In this document: piece by piece, positions 48,466 through 58,645 of the stretch | How positions within the stretch are numbered: the stretch's first letter is position 1 | Layout of the letters: the number at the start of each line of letters is the position of its first letter | Source: Bacteroidota bacterium | GTDB lineage: Bacteria; Bacteroidota; Bacteroidia; Bacteroidales; VadinHA17 | Reading direction: 5' to 3' | DNA length: 64,000 bases | Assembly: GCA_003250475.1 (NCBI GenBank) | Contig: QKGI01000139.1 | Location: forward strand, 26,974 to 90,973 | Notes under the pieces: generated by a model | Told to the model about the DNA's origin: nothing | Databases searched by the model: none | The model's input: only the letters and a program-made list of their open reading frames with translations | Translations under genes and position numbers: made by a program

Positions 48466-49017
48466 TTATTTCGATTTTTTAATCGGTTCCCATTTAACTT
48501 CCTCTTTTCCTGACTCATAAGTAAGGCACCTGGTCAGTACGAAAAGATAATCAGACAGACGGTTAATGTATCTGATCACATCAGGGTCGATTTTTTCCGC
48601 ATCATTGAGTCGAAGAAGGTCTCTTTCGGCTCTCCGGCAGACGCATCGTGCCACATTAGCGGAGGCGGCGGCAGGGTGTCCGCCGGGTAAAACAAACGAT
48701 TCCAGTTTCGGCAGACTACCTTCCATCCTGTCTATCGACTGTTCCAGTGCAGTTGTATCATCAATAATAATTCCTTCCGGAACATGTGCCGTGGGATGGG
48801 TGGCGATGACCGTGCAGCATGACATCAGTACCGACTGAATGGAGATCAGCTCTTCCCGGGATACGCATTTCTGATCTGTGGCCCTGAGCATACCTATCCA
48901 TGCTATCAGCTCATCCACAGTGCCATAGGCTTCAATGCGAGGGTGGTGTTTGGGAAGCCTGATGCCCCCGATGACGGATGTCTCTCCTTTGTCTCCTGTT
49001 TTGGTATAGATCTTCAT
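48466..49017 (-). CDS. ATP:cob(I)alamin adenosyltransferase, PduO type
   Basis: MKIYTKTGDKGETS N-terminus, diagnostic of the PduO/MMAB family. Confidence 0.85.
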   Translation of the reverse strand: MKIYTKTGDKGETSVIGGIRLPKHHPRIEAYGTVDELIAWIGMLRATDQKCVSREELISIQSVLMSCCTVIATHPTAHVPEGIIIDDTTALEQSIDRMEGSLPKLESFVLPGGHPAAASANVARCVCRRAERDLLRLNDAEKIDPDVIRYINRLSDYLFVLTRCLTYESGKEEVKWEPIKKSK

Positions 49018-49035
49018 TACCTCAGGCGGGGAGTA

Positions 49036-49746
49036 TTATTTCTTTCTTACTTCGATCCGGTTTTCGTTGATGTAATCGGCAGAGACTTCGCCGTCCATCA
49101 GCTTGATAATACGGTGGGCATGGCGGGCAATATCCTCCTCGTGTGTTACCACTATGACCGTGTTGCCGTCTTCATGTATCTTGTCAAGCAGTCCCATTAT
49201 ATCATACGAGGTCTTGCTGTCAAGGTTTCCCGTAGGTTCATCTGCCAGAATAATGGAGGGGTTATTTATCAGGGCTCTCGCTATTGCCACTCTCTGCCGC
49301 TGGCCTCCTGACAGCTCGTTGGGCTTATGGGTCATCCTGTCTCCCAATCCAACCAGGTCGAGCGTTTTAACGGCGTGCTCGTCCCTCTCGTGGCGCGGTA
49401 TGCCGGCATAGATAAGCGGTAACGTCACATTCTCAAGAGCTGTATACCTGGGAAGCAGGTTGAAGGTCTGGAATACGAAGCCGATCTCCTTATTACGGAT
49501 CTCTGCCAGCCTGTCATCTTCCATCTTGCTGACATCCGTGCCGTTGAGAATATAGGTTCCTTTAGTCGGGGTGTCAAGACAGCCGAGGATATTCATCAGA
49601 GTCGACTTGCCTGATCCGGATGGCCCCATGATGGCAACATATTCGTTCCTGTGAATGTCAAGTGAGACTGACCGCAGGGCTCTGACTATGACTGACCCTA
49701 CCTGGTAATTCTTTACGATCTCTGTAATCTCTATAACCTTCTCCAT
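49036..49746 (-). CDS. ABC transporter ATP-binding protein (MacB/LolD-like)
   Basis: Walker [10 protein letters not shown], signature LSGGQRQR and Walker B ILADEPT. No permease gene is adjacent. Confidence 0.9.
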   Translation of the reverse strand: MEKVIEITEIVKNYQVGSVIVRALRSVSLDIHRNEYVAIMGPSGSGKSTLMNILGCLDTPTKGTYILNGTDVSKMEDDRLAEIRNKEIGFVFQTFNLLPRYTALENVTLPLIYAGIPRHERDEHAVKTLDLVGLGDRMTHKPNELSGGQRQRVAIARALINNPSIILADEPTGNLDSKTSYDIMGLLDKIHEDGNTVIVVTHEEDIARHAHRIIKLMDGEVSADYINENRIEVRKK

Positions 49747-49817
49747 GCCTTTTTTGTTAAAGTTCCGAAATTAGTTCAATTTAATCTATAAATGTGTTAG
49801 CAGGCTGTTATTTTTTG

Positions 49818-50816
49818 TTAATACCTGACCCTGTAGTATCCGGGTGTGAGGCTTTGGCTGCGGAACAGTATTCCCAGCCGGAATGTTTCGAGTGCGGCGG
49901 ATGTCTTATCCAGTTTTGACAGTATTTTCCATGCGGCATACATATCACTGTTCAAATGTATGTCATCAGCCACTACTATCATCTCCTCTCCCATTGTCAT
50001 CACCTCACTTACATATTCTTTCAGCGCCTCGCCCCTGTGATTACCGTCGATAAAGGCCAGTGAGACTTTTGTGCCCGCTGCCCTTAGTTTCACGAGGGCT
50101 TCGCCGAACTCCATGTTAAGCACCTCAGCATTATTTGCCGAATGGCTGGACAGGTTCGAGCGGGCTATGTCAGCCAATGCCGGGCATCCCTCCACCGTCA
50201 CCACTCTTCTCCCGGGTGCCGCCAGGGCCAGGGCCAGGGTAGTGATACCCAGCGATGTACCCAGCTCCAGTATGATACCCTGATCATCTGCCACGTATTC
50301 TTTATCCGGCTCGTCACTCACAGGACGTGCTGCCGGAACAATACCCTTTGACCGGCGCTCCGTGTCCTGCTCCCCCTCCTCTTCATCGTTCACATTCCGC
50401 TCCTCTCCGTCTGTAGCATCCCGGGCTGCTTCCTCCCTGCTCATTTTAGCCTGTTCAAAGATGTGATCTCGCCTCTCTCTGTTCCATGCCGGCTGCTCAG
50501 CCGCCATTGCGATCCTTAACAGCAGACCTGCTTCTTTTCTGTTCAGGGCAGCAGTAGCGGCAATATCCGAAATTCTCCTCTCAGGCCCCCGGAACCTTGC
50601 GGATCCGGCCCCGAGATCCCTGACTATGACGGTGCTCCTGTCTGCCAGCATCTCTTTTCTGAGACTTTCTACCTCTGACAGCAGGCTGTCACCGCTTCTT
50701 CCCTTCATCACTTTCGTGATAAAATCGAACATATACGGACTGTGCACTCCGTGTCCCGCCATGCTGCGGGAGGCGAACAGATGTCTCATATATGCTGATG
50801 CCGGGTAAAGGTTCAT
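49818..50816 (-). CDS. class I SAM-dependent O-methyltransferase-like protein with a ~75-aa charged insertion
   Basis: Motif I ILELGTSLGITTL and IDGNH further downstream. I prefer ATG 50816 over GTG 50828. Confidence 0.65.
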   Translation of the reverse strand: MNLYPASAYMRHLFASRSMAGHGVHSPYMFDFITKVMKGRSGDSLLSEVESLRKEMLADRSTVIVRDLGAGSARFRGPERRISDIAATAALNRKEAGLLLRIAMAAEQPAWNRERRDHIFEQAKMSREEAARDATDGEERNVNDEEEGEQDTERRSKGIVPAARPVSDEPDKEYVADDQGIILELGTSLGITTLALALAAPGRRVVTVEGCPALADIARSNLSSHSANNAEVLNMEFGEALVKLRAAGTKVSLAFIDGNHRGEALKEYVSEVMTMGEEMIVVADDIHLNSDMYAAWKILSKLDKTSAALETFRLGILFRSQSLTPGYYRVRY

Positions 50817-50887
50817 TTCTTCAGACACTCATTTGAAAGCCGCCCAAATTTAACTATTTTCGATGAGTATCTTTTTTAATGTGATTG

Positions 50888-52993
50888 ATGTCAGAACTAC
50901 TTGACAGTGAGATAAAGTTCCTCCCGGGGGTGGGTCCGAAAAGAGCTGAGCTGCTTGAAGCCGAAGCCGGTATCAGCACTTTCAGGGATCTTATCTACTA
51001 TTTCCCTTATAAGTACGTTGACAAGACACGATTCTACAAGGTGAATGAGCTGGACACCGATATGCAGTATGTGCAGGTCAGGGGTAAGATACGCCGTTTC
51101 TCGACAGAGGGAGGTGGCTCAGCCCGCAGGCTTACGGCTGACTTTTACGATGAGACCGGCATGGTCAGACTGGTATGGTTCAAGGGACAGAAATGGGTAC
51201 TTAATGCATACAAGACAGAGAAAGAGTATATCATCTTTGGCAAGCCTACTCTTTTCAGCGGCGCCTTCAACATTGTCCACCCTGAGGTGGAAGAGGTTGA
51301 GAAGCGTGCTGCCAGGGTCTCTTCATCGCTTGAAGCACAGTACAGCACCACCGAGAAGATGAAGGATCACTTTCTTCATTCAAAGGCAATTGCAAAGCTG
51401 ATGGCTTCGCTCTTCTCCATGCCGGCGCTGAAGTTTCCTGAGACGCTTCCCTCTTCTGTCTCGGGTCCGATGAAGCTCATGAGTCTCTCAGACGCACTCT
51501 TCAGGATTCATTTCCCCGACTCTAACACTGACATCGAGAACGCCCGTTTCAGGCTGAAGTTTGAGGAACTGTTTTACATCCAGCTCAACCTGTTACGTTA
51601 TAAGGGAAACAGGACAAAGAAGACAAGAGGGTTTCTCTTCCCGGTAGTGGGTGAAAAGCTTAATTCGTTCTACGCCAGGAACCTGCCTTTTGCCCTCACT
51701 GAAGCTCAGAAGAGGGTGGTACGCGAGATCAGGGCAGATCTGGGCAGCGGCCATCAGATGAACAGGCTGTTGCAGGGCGATGTGGGAAGCGGCAAAACGA
51801 TGGTAGCCCTCATGAGTATGCTCATCGGTGCCGACAACGGTTACCAGTGCTGCCTGATGGCCCCGACAGAGGTGCTGGCCATACAGCACCATAATTCGAT
51901 AGAACGGTTTATAGAGGGTATTGATGTCCGGGTAGCATTGCTGACAGGTTCTACAAAGCGGAGTGAACGGAAACGTATTGAGACCGGCCTGCTTGACGGC
52001 AGCATAGATATACTGGTAGGCACCCATGCGCTGATAGAGGAGAATGTGAAGTACAGAAACCTGGGCCTCGTTATCATCGACGAGCAGCACCGTTTCGGGG
52101 TGGCGCAGAGAGCAAGACTATGGCAGAAGAACGACTGTCCGCCACATGTGCTGGTGATGACAGCCACACCCATACCCCGGACGCTGGCTATGACACTTTA
52201 CGGCGACCTGGATGTCTCGGTCATCGATGAGATGCCTCCGGGCCGTAAGGCTATCAAAACCATGACCTTCACCGACGCTGAGCGTGAGAAGGTGTTCGGC
52301 TTCATGCGAAGGCAGATAGAAGACGGAAGACAGATTTATGTTGTTTACCCTCTTATCAGTGAATCGGAGACACTTGACTACAAGGATCTGGAAGACGGCC
52401 TCGAGAGTATGGCGAGGGCTTTTCCGCCACCGCAATACTGTATCAGTGTGGTGCATGGCCGGATGACATCACGTGATAAAGAGATATCCATGGACCTGTT
52501 CCGGAGGGGACAGGCTCAAATTATGGTTGCCACCACGGTTATAGAGGTAGGGCTCGACATTCCCAATGCCAGTGTGATGGTCATTGAGAGTGCCGAAAGA
52601 TTCGGCCTGTCACAGATGCACCAGCTGCGCGGCCGTGTGGGCCGTGGCGCCGACCAGTCATACTGTATACTGATGACCTCTCATAAGCTCTCGGCAGAAG
52701 CTACTGAACGGATCAATACAATGATAGCCACCAATGACGGTTTTGAGATAGCGGAGGCTGACCTCCGCATGCGCGGCCCTGGTGACCTTGAAGGCACTCA
52801 GCAGAGCGGTATGGCTTTCGATCTCAGGATTGCCGACCTGGGGAAAGACGGCCAGATTCTGAACCTGGCCCGGTCACGTGCGGAGGAGATCCTGGCCGGT
52901 GACCCTGAACTCACTCTTGCTGAGAACCAGGTGCTCAGGGCCAATCTCAGGAGGCTCTTTGCCAGGAAGTACTCATGGAGTGAGATCAGCTAG
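50888..52993 (+). CDS. recG: ATP-dependent DNA helicase RecG
   Basis: Wedge-domain N-terminus, GDVGSGKT, DEQHRFG, TATPIPRT and QLRGRVGRG. Confidence 0.95.
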   Translation: MSELLDSEIKFLPGVGPKRAELLEAEAGISTFRDLIYYFPYKYVDKTRFYKVNELDTDMQYVQVRGKIRRFSTEGGGSARRLTADFYDETGMVRLVWFKGQKWVLNAYKTEKEYIIFGKPTLFSGAFNIVHPEVEEVEKRAARVSSSLEAQYSTTEKMKDHFLHSKAIAKLMASLFSMPALKFPETLPSSVSGPMKLMSLSDALFRIHFPDSNTDIENARFRLKFEELFYIQLNLLRYKGNRTKKTRGFLFPVVGEKLNSFYARNLPFALTEAQKRVVREIRADLGSGHQMNRLLQGDVGSGKTMVALMSMLIGADNGYQCCLMAPTEVLAIQHHNSIERFIEGIDVRVALLTGSTKRSERKRIETGLLDGSIDILVGTHALIEENVKYRNLGLVIIDEQHRFGVAQRARLWQKNDCPPHVLVMTATPIPRTLAMTLYGDLDVSVIDEMPPGRKAIKTMTFTDAEREKVFGFMRRQIEDGRQIYVVYPLISESETLDYKDLEDGLESMARAFPPPQYCISVVHGRMTSRDKEISMDLFRRGQAQIMVATTVIEVGLDIPNASVMVIESAERFGLSQMHQLRGRVGRGADQSYCILMTSHKLSAEATERINTMIATNDGFEIAEADLRMRGPGDLEGTQQSGMAFDLRIADLGKDGQILNLARSRAEEILAGDPELTLAENQVLRANLRRLFARKYSWSEIS

Positions 52994-53016
52994 GCTATCC
53001 CCTCTGTCCCGCCCTC

Positions 53017-53122
53017 CGACCTTCAGACCTCAGACCTTCAGACCTTCCGACCTCAGACCTTCAGACATCCGACCTTCCGACTTCCGACCTTCAGACCTCA
53101 GACCTTCCGACCTTCAGACCTC
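53017..53122 (+). repeat. 14-unit tandem array of 7-8 nt units [A/C]GAC(C)TTC with a 15-nt super-period
   Basis: Hand-parsed units: CGACCTTC AGACCTC AGACCTTC AGACCTTC CGACCTC AGACCTTC AGACATC CGACCTTC CGACTTC CGACCTTC AGACCTC AGACCTTC CGACCTTC AGACCTC. Confidence 0.95.
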
Positions 53123-53191
53123 AAAATAATGACACATGTTATAGAATAATTCCCCTTAATTCCTTAAAATTGCCCTTTCAAAATTCGATTG

Positions 53192-53587
53192 ATGCAGCAG
53201 GGAGAGACAATCACACACGAAGGCATGGTGTTAAAGGCACCGGGGATATTCGTTGCCGAGGCCTGTGCCGGCTGTCATGCAAAGTCTGTCTGTGCACCCG
53301 GAAAGTCAGAAACCAGGATTATTACCGTAAAGAGCGACGCAACCCTGCACCCGGGTGACCACGTGACCCTTGTTCTCATGAAATCGCAGGGCTTCCGTGC
53401 CCTGGCGATAGGGTATGTTATACCGTTTATCGTCCTTATCGCGGCGTTTGTTGTCACTTCCGTTGCCGGTGCCGGGGAGCTTGTTTCGGCGCTGTTATCA
53501 TTTGCTTCCATTGGCATATACTATTTTGTCATATGGCTGCTGAGAGAAAAAATAGGAGAAAAATTTGAATTTAAAATAAAGGCTTGA
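53192..53587 (+). CDS. RseC/MucC-family (SoxR-reducing system) membrane protein preceding rnf
   Basis: Cys-containing N-terminal domain (C..C....C) plus two TM helices. This is the usual position ahead of rnfB in Bacteroidota. Confidence 0.7.
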   Translation: MQQGETITHEGMVLKAPGIFVAEACAGCHAKSVCAPGKSETRIITVKSDATLHPGDHVTLVLMKSQGFRALAIGYVIPFIVLIAAFVVTSVAGAGELVSALLSFASIGIYYFVIWLLREKIGEKFEFKIKA

Positions 53588-53590
53588 CAG

Positions 53591-54454
53591 ATGAGTTCCA
53601 CTGTTTTATTCACGATTGCGATGCTCGGTATACTGGGGTTTCTTGCCGCTGTGATACTATATTTCGTGGCGCAGAAATTCAGGGTGGTTGAAGACCCCCG
53701 CATTGACCTGGTGAACGAAGCTCTTCCCGGTGCAAACTGCGGAGGGTGTGGGTATACCGGGTGCCGTGCCTTCGCGGAAACACTTGTGAAATCAACCTCT
53801 TTTGATGGACTGAACTGTCCTGTTGGCGGAGCAGACACCATGGGCAAGGTAGCCCTGATTCTTGACCGACAGCCTGTGGCTGTCGAACCCCGTGTCGCCG
53901 TGTTACGCTGCAACGGCACGCCCGCTAACGCCGCCCGCACCTCGTACTACGACGGAGCTGTCAGTTGCCGTGTCGCCCATTCGCTCTATGGCGGTACCAC
54001 CGGCTGCCACTACGGATGCCTCGGTTGTGGTGACTGTGTTGATGCGTGCAAGTTCGATGCTATGTACATGGATCCTGTCACAGAGCTTCCTGTTATCATT
54101 GATGATAAGTGCGTTGCCTGCGGGGCCTGTGTGAAAGCCTGCCCGCGAAACATCATAGAGCTTCGCAAGCGTAATAAGAAAGACCGTAAGATCTACGTGT
54201 CGTGCGTCAACAAGGATAAGGGCGGACCGGCACGCAAAGCCTGCAAGGTAGCGTGTATCGGTTGTGGAAAATGCGTCAAGGTATGTCCCTATGAGGCAAT
54301 TACCATGGAGAACAACCTGGCATTTATCGATTCCTATAAGTGTAAACTCTGTCGCAAATGTGTGGCTGAATGCCCCACCGGTGCCATCCTGGAGATCGGT
54401 TTCCCGGTCAGGGAAGAGAGACCTGCCCAGCCCGCTGAAGCCGCCACTAACTAA
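53591..54454 (+). CDS. rnfB: Rnf electron transport complex subunit B (Fe-S)
   Basis: N-terminal TM helix, a CGGCGYTGC cluster and several CxxCxxCxxxCP ferredoxin motifs. Confidence 0.9.
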   Translation: MSSTVLFTIAMLGILGFLAAVILYFVAQKFRVVEDPRIDLVNEALPGANCGGCGYTGCRAFAETLVKSTSFDGLNCPVGGADTMGKVALILDRQPVAVEPRVAVLRCNGTPANAARTSYYDGAVSCRVAHSLYGGTTGCHYGCLGCGDCVDACKFDAMYMDPVTELPVIIDDKCVACGACVKACPRNIIELRKRNKKDRKIYVSCVNKDKGGPARKACKVACIGCGKCVKVCPYEAITMENNLAFIDSYKCKLCRKCVAECPTGAILEIGFPVREERPAQPAEAATN

Positions 54455-54484
54455 CTTTGATTAACCTGATAAAGATCCATAAAC

Positions 54485-55819
54485 GTGTTTAAGACATTCC
54501 CGAAAGGCGGTATCCATCCGCCGGAGAACAAGCTGACGGCTGACAAGCCGATAGTTGTCCTGCCCGTACCACCCCAGGTAACAGTGCCTGTCTCACAGCA
54601 TATCGGAGCCCCGGCAGTGCCGGTGGTGGAGAAGGGCACTGAAGTGAAGGCCGGGCAGATAATTGCAGAGGCAAAAGGATTTGTCTCGGCCAACATTCAT
54701 TCGCCGGTATCAGGTAAGGTAAATAAGATCGATACTTTCGTCGACACAACCGGATACAAGCAGACAGCAGTGCTGATTGACGTGCAGGGTGACGAATGGG
54801 TTGAGACCGTGGACCGCAGCACAACACTGGTGAAAGAAATAACCATGACCCGCGAGCAGATCATCGAGAGATGCAAAGAATGCGGACTGGTGGGACTTGG
54901 GGGTGCAACCTTCCCGACACATATTAAGATGACAGTCCCTTCCGGGAAGAAATGCGACCTGGTCATTATCAACGGTGTGGAATGCGAGCCTTACCTTACC
55001 TCTGATCACAGGCTTATGCTTGAGAGAGGAGCTGAAGTACTCACAGGAGCAGCCATCATCATGAAGGCCCTGGGTGTTGAAAGGGTTATTGTTGGCATAG
55101 AGGCAAACAAACCCGATGCCATAAAACATCTTACTGACCTCGCTGCCGGTTTCCAGGGCATAACCATTCAACCCCTGAAGGTCAAGTATCCGCAGGGAGG
55201 TGAGAAACAGCTCATCAAAGCATGTACGGGACGTGAGGTTCCATCGGGCGGACTGCCTCTTGACGTGGGGGTTGTTGTCCAGAACGTCGGCACAGCCTAT
55301 GCAGTATATGAGGCAGTACAAAAGAACAAGCCGCTCGTTGAGAGAGTGGTAACTGTAACAGGTAAGAAGGTGAAGGAGCCCGGTAATTTCCAGGTCAGGA
55401 TAGGAACACCGGTCACATCTCTCATTGAGGCTGCCGGCGGCATGCCTGATGACACCGGGAAGGTAGTCAACGGAGGTCCTATGATGGGCAAAGCACTGGC
55501 AATGACCGATGTGCCTGTCACCAAAGGCACCTCCGGAATCATCCTCTTCCCCTCTGAAGAATCACGCCGTGCCGTGGTCCAGCCCTGCATAAGATGCGGG
55601 AAATGTTCTTCGGCATGTGCAATGGGACTGGAGCCCTGGCTGATATCCGTTCTCTCCGAAAAAGCAATGTTTGAAAAAGCCGAAGAGGAGAAGATTACAG
55701 ACTGCATGGAGTGTGGCGCATGTGCCTATACATGCCCGGCGAAGAGACCTCTGCTCGATTACATCAGGCTTGGCAAGTCAACGGTGATCCGAATGGCACG
55801 AGAACGTATAACGAAATAG
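54485..55819 (+). CDS. rnfC: Rnf complex subunit C
   Basis: FPKGGIHPPENK N-terminus, GLGGATFPTH, and two C-terminal CxxCxxCxxxCP motifs. GTG start. Confidence 0.9.
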   Translation: MFKTFPKGGIHPPENKLTADKPIVVLPVPPQVTVPVSQHIGAPAVPVVEKGTEVKAGQIIAEAKGFVSANIHSPVSGKVNKIDTFVDTTGYKQTAVLIDVQGDEWVETVDRSTTLVKEITMTREQIIERCKECGLVGLGGATFPTHIKMTVPSGKKCDLVIINGVECEPYLTSDHRLMLERGAEVLTGAAIIMKALGVERVIVGIEANKPDAIKHLTDLAAGFQGITIQPLKVKYPQGGEKQLIKACTGREVPSGGLPLDVGVVVQNVGTAYAVYEAVQKNKPLVERVVTVTGKKVKEPGNFQVRIGTPVTSLIEAAGGMPDDTGKVVNGGPMMGKALAMTDVPVTKGTSGIILFPSEESRRAVVQPCIRCGKCSSACAMGLEPWLISVLSEKAMFEKAEEEKITDCMECGACAYTCPAKRPLLDYIRLGKSTVIRMARERITK

Positions 55820-55831
55820 CACAGAAGCGAT

Positions 55832-56833
55832 ATGAACAACATCCTTAATGTATCTCCGTCCCCACACCAGCAGAGTATTGAGACCACTCGCAGGCTGATG
55901 TTCGGAGTGGTGATAGCCCTTGCCCCGGCATTGGCAGCATCAGTTTATTTTTTCGGGCTTGGGGCGATCATAGTAACTCTCACCTCGGTGCTCTCCTGCG
56001 TTGCCGTTGAGTACCTTATCCAGAAATTTATCCTTAAGAAGGAACCATCAATATCCGATGGGTCAGCAGTTGTAACAGGACTCCTGCTTGCTTTCAACGT
56101 TCCGTCAAACCTGCCGGTATACATAATTGTTATTGGCGCTGTTATTTCCATCGGAGTGGCAAAGATGACCTTCGGCGGACTGGGGAGCAACCCGTTCAAC
56201 CCGGCACTGGTCGGAAGAGTATTCCTGCTTGTTTCGTTTCCGGTTAAGATGACCAGCTGGCCCGTTCCAACAGGATTTAAGACAGGTTATCTCGATGCTG
56301 TCACCGGCGCCACTCCTCTTGGTATTATGAGTGAGGGCATCAAAAACGGGGAGACAGTGTCAGCCCTCATGGAGAAAATCCCATCACATATGCAGCTCTT
56401 CTACGGCTATATGGGAGGTTCGATGGGTGAGATAGCCGCTGCAGCCCTGATAATAGGAGGCATATATTTAATATGGAAGAAAATCATAACCTGGCATATA
56501 CCGGTATCAATACTGGTGACGGTGGCCCTGTTCACCGGTATACTCTGGCTGGCTGACCCGACAAAATTTGCTGATCCTCTCTTCCATCTCCTGACCGGGG
56601 GTATCATGCTGGGAGCTATCTTCATGGCTACTGACTACGTTACCTCGCCGATGACCCACAAGGGAATGATAATCTACGGGGTAGGGATTGGCGTGATAAC
56701 AGTGTTGATAAGGACGTGGGGCGCTTATCCTGAGGGCGTTTCATTCGCTATACTTATTATGAATGCTTTTGTTCCGTTACTTAACATGTACATAAAACCA
56801 AAAAGGTTCGGGAAGGAGGTGAAGCATGGCTAA
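55832..56833 (+). CDS. rnfD: Rnf complex subunit D
   Basis: Polytopic NqrB/RnfD pattern, including the GGLGSNPFNPAL and TGATPL (FMN attachment) regions. Confidence 0.9.
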   Translation: MNNILNVSPSPHQQSIETTRRLMFGVVIALAPALAASVYFFGLGAIIVTLTSVLSCVAVEYLIQKFILKKEPSISDGSAVVTGLLLAFNVPSNLPVYIIVIGAVISIGVAKMTFGGLGSNPFNPALVGRVFLLVSFPVKMTSWPVPTGFKTGYLDAVTGATPLGIMSEGIKNGETVSALMEKIPSHMQLFYGYMGGSMGEIAAAALIIGGIYLIWKKIITWHIPVSILVTVALFTGILWLADPTKFADPLFHLLTGGIMLGAIFMATDYVTSPMTHKGMIIYGVGIGVITVLIRTWGAYPEGVSFAILIMNAFVPLLNMYIKPKRFGKEVKHG

Positions 56834-57419
56834 AATGCAATCCTCACTGAGGAATATGATACTCTCCCTGACGCTTATCTCCCTCGGGGCATCGGCTGCC
56901 CTGGGCTTTGTCTATGAGATGACAAAGGGACCGATAGAGACCTCTGCCATGAATAAAAAGCTGGATGCCATCAAGCAGGTAGTACCGGCCTTTACCAATG
57001 ATCCTAACCAGGAGATGTTCCTCCTCCCCACCGGAGAGGGCGATTCCCTGGAAGTTTACCCGGCAAAAAACGGTGAAGAGATAGTAGGGTATGCCGTTAA
57101 GTCGTACACCAACAACGGGTTCAGCGGCTACATAGGCTTTATGGTTGGATTCACTCCCACCGGGGTCATTTATAATATCAGTGTTCTTGAACAGAAAGAG
57201 ACACCCGGGCTCGGGACCAAGATGGTTCCCGAAGGTACGCCGGACAAACCCGAGTTCAAAGATCAGTTCAAAGGAAAGGATCCGGCGGATTTTGTCCTCA
57301 AGGTTAAGAAAGATGGTGGTCCGGTAGATGCCATAACAGCAGCCACGATTAGCTCACGGGCTTTTTGTGACGGTATTCAGAGAGCATACAACACATTTGT
57401 GAAGGGAGGTCTGAAATGA
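56826..57419 (+). CDS. rnfG: Rnf complex subunit G
   Basis: N-terminal TM helix and an FMN-binding domain (ETPGLG ... [10 protein letters not shown]). Confidence 0.9.
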   Translation: MAKMQSSLRNMILSLTLISLGASAALGFVYEMTKGPIETSAMNKKLDAIKQVVPAFTNDPNQEMFLLPTGEGDSLEVYPAKNGEEIVGYAVKSYTNNGFSGYIGFMVGFTPTGVIYNISVLEQKETPGLGTKMVPEGTPDKPEFKDQFKGKDPADFVLKVKKDGGPVDAITAATISSRAFCDGIQRAYNTFVKGGLK

Positions 57420-57997
57420 ACCAGTTACAGAATTTTACAAAAGGCTTTTTAAAGGAGAATCCCATCCTGGTGATGATCCTGGGGACATGTCCCACCCTGG
57501 CCACGACATCCTCGATGATAAACGGTCTGGGAATGGGGATTGCAACCACTTTTGTGCTTCTGGGATCGAACACTGTGATCTCGATGATGAAGAACGTGAT
57601 CCCTGACAAGGTGCGTATCCCTGCATTCATTATAGTTATCGCGACATTCGTGACAATTGTCGACCTGGTAATGCAGGCTTATGTTCCCTCGTTGTACGAG
57701 ACCCTCGGCATTTTCATCCCGTTAATTGTAGTCAACTGTATTGTCCTCGGACGTGCGGAGGCCTTTGCAAGCAAGAACACCGTATGGTCTTCGGTGGTTG
57801 ACGGTGCAGGCATGGGGCTTGGTTTTACCGCTGCCCTTGGAGTACTGGGAGCCGTCAGGGAGATACTTGGCAGTGGCGCCATTGCCGGTTTCAAATTCAT
57901 CCCGGGTGATGGAATACTGGTATTCATCCTCGCTCCGGGTGCATTCATTGCCCTGGGATATCTTATAGCAGTGGTTAACAAGATAAACAAAGCATAA
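57416..57997 (+). CDS. rnfE: Rnf complex subunit E
   Basis: NqrD/RnfE pattern ([26 protein letters not shown]). Confidence 0.9.
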   Translation: MNQLQNFTKGFLKENPILVMILGTCPTLATTSSMINGLGMGIATTFVLLGSNTVISMMKNVIPDKVRIPAFIIVIATFVTIVDLVMQAYVPSLYETLGIFIPLIVVNCIVLGRAEAFASKNTVWSSVVDGAGMGLGFTAALGVLGAVREILGSGAIAGFKFIPGDGILVFILAPGAFIALGYLIAVVNKINKA

Positions 57998-58007
57998 GGA
58001 GGTAGTC

Positions 58008-58580
58008 ATGGAATACATTATTCTGATTATATCGGCGATTTTTGTCAACAACATAGTACTTGCGCAATACCTTGGTGTTTGTCCTTTCCTGGGCGTCTCA
58101 AACAAGGTGAGCACATCGATTGGAATGTCGGGAGCGGTCACCTTTGTGATGGTACTTGCCACGATGGTGACATATCTTATCTATACCTACGTGCTGGTTC
58201 CCCTGGGCCTGGGTTTCATGCAGACCATTGCCTACATCCTTGTGATAGCAGCGCTTGTTCAGATGGTGGAGATCATTCTCAAGAAGATAAGTCAGCCACT
58301 TTACCAGGCGCTGGGTATCTTCCTGCCTTTGATCACTACAAACTGTGCCGTTCTTGGGGTCGCTATACTGGTCATCAAGAAAGACTACAACCTTGCAGAG
58401 GGCATCGTATACGGAGCTGCAACAGCAGTCGGGTTCGGGCTGGCAATGGTGGTACTTGCCGGCATACGTGAACAGCTTGAACTGGCAGATGTCCCGTCGG
58501 GGATGAAGGGAGCGCCTATTGCTCTTGTCACAGCCGGCATCCTGGCCCTTGCCTTCATGGGGTTTACCGGCCTTGTTTAG
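58008..58580 (+). CDS. rnfA: Rnf complex subunit A
   Basis: NqrE/RnfA pattern (NNIVLAQYLGVCPFLGVS, LPLITTNCAVLG). Confidence 0.9.
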   Translation: MEYIILIISAIFVNNIVLAQYLGVCPFLGVSNKVSTSIGMSGAVTFVMVLATMVTYLIYTYVLVPLGLGFMQTIAYILVIAALVQMVEIILKKISQPLYQALGIFLPLITTNCAVLGVAILVIKKDYNLAEGIVYGAATAVGFGLAMVVLAGIREQLELADVPSGMKGAPIALVTAGILALAFMGFTGLV

Positions 58581-58603
58581 AATCTCTTAAACAGTCTCAT
58601 AAG

Positions 58604-58645
58604 ATAAGCCGTGACCCCGACGGGGAGACGGCTTATTTCTTTTTA
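58604..58645 (+). terminator. rho-independent terminator of the rnf operon
   Basis: ATAAGCCGT (58604-58612) pairs with ACGGCTTAT (58628-58636) around an inner CCCC/GGGG helix, followed by TTCTTTTT. Confidence 0.75.

Noticed and set aside
53017-53122. Possible CRISPR array
   Set aside because: The units are only 7-8 nt and directly abutting, with no unique spacers. No cas genes are present in the window.
52878-53129. 83-aa ORF ending in PSDLRPSDIRPSDFRPSDLRPSDL repeats
   Set aside because: It overlaps the recG 3' end out of frame. Its repeat part is simply the translation of the 15-nt-period DNA array, and it has no independent start context.
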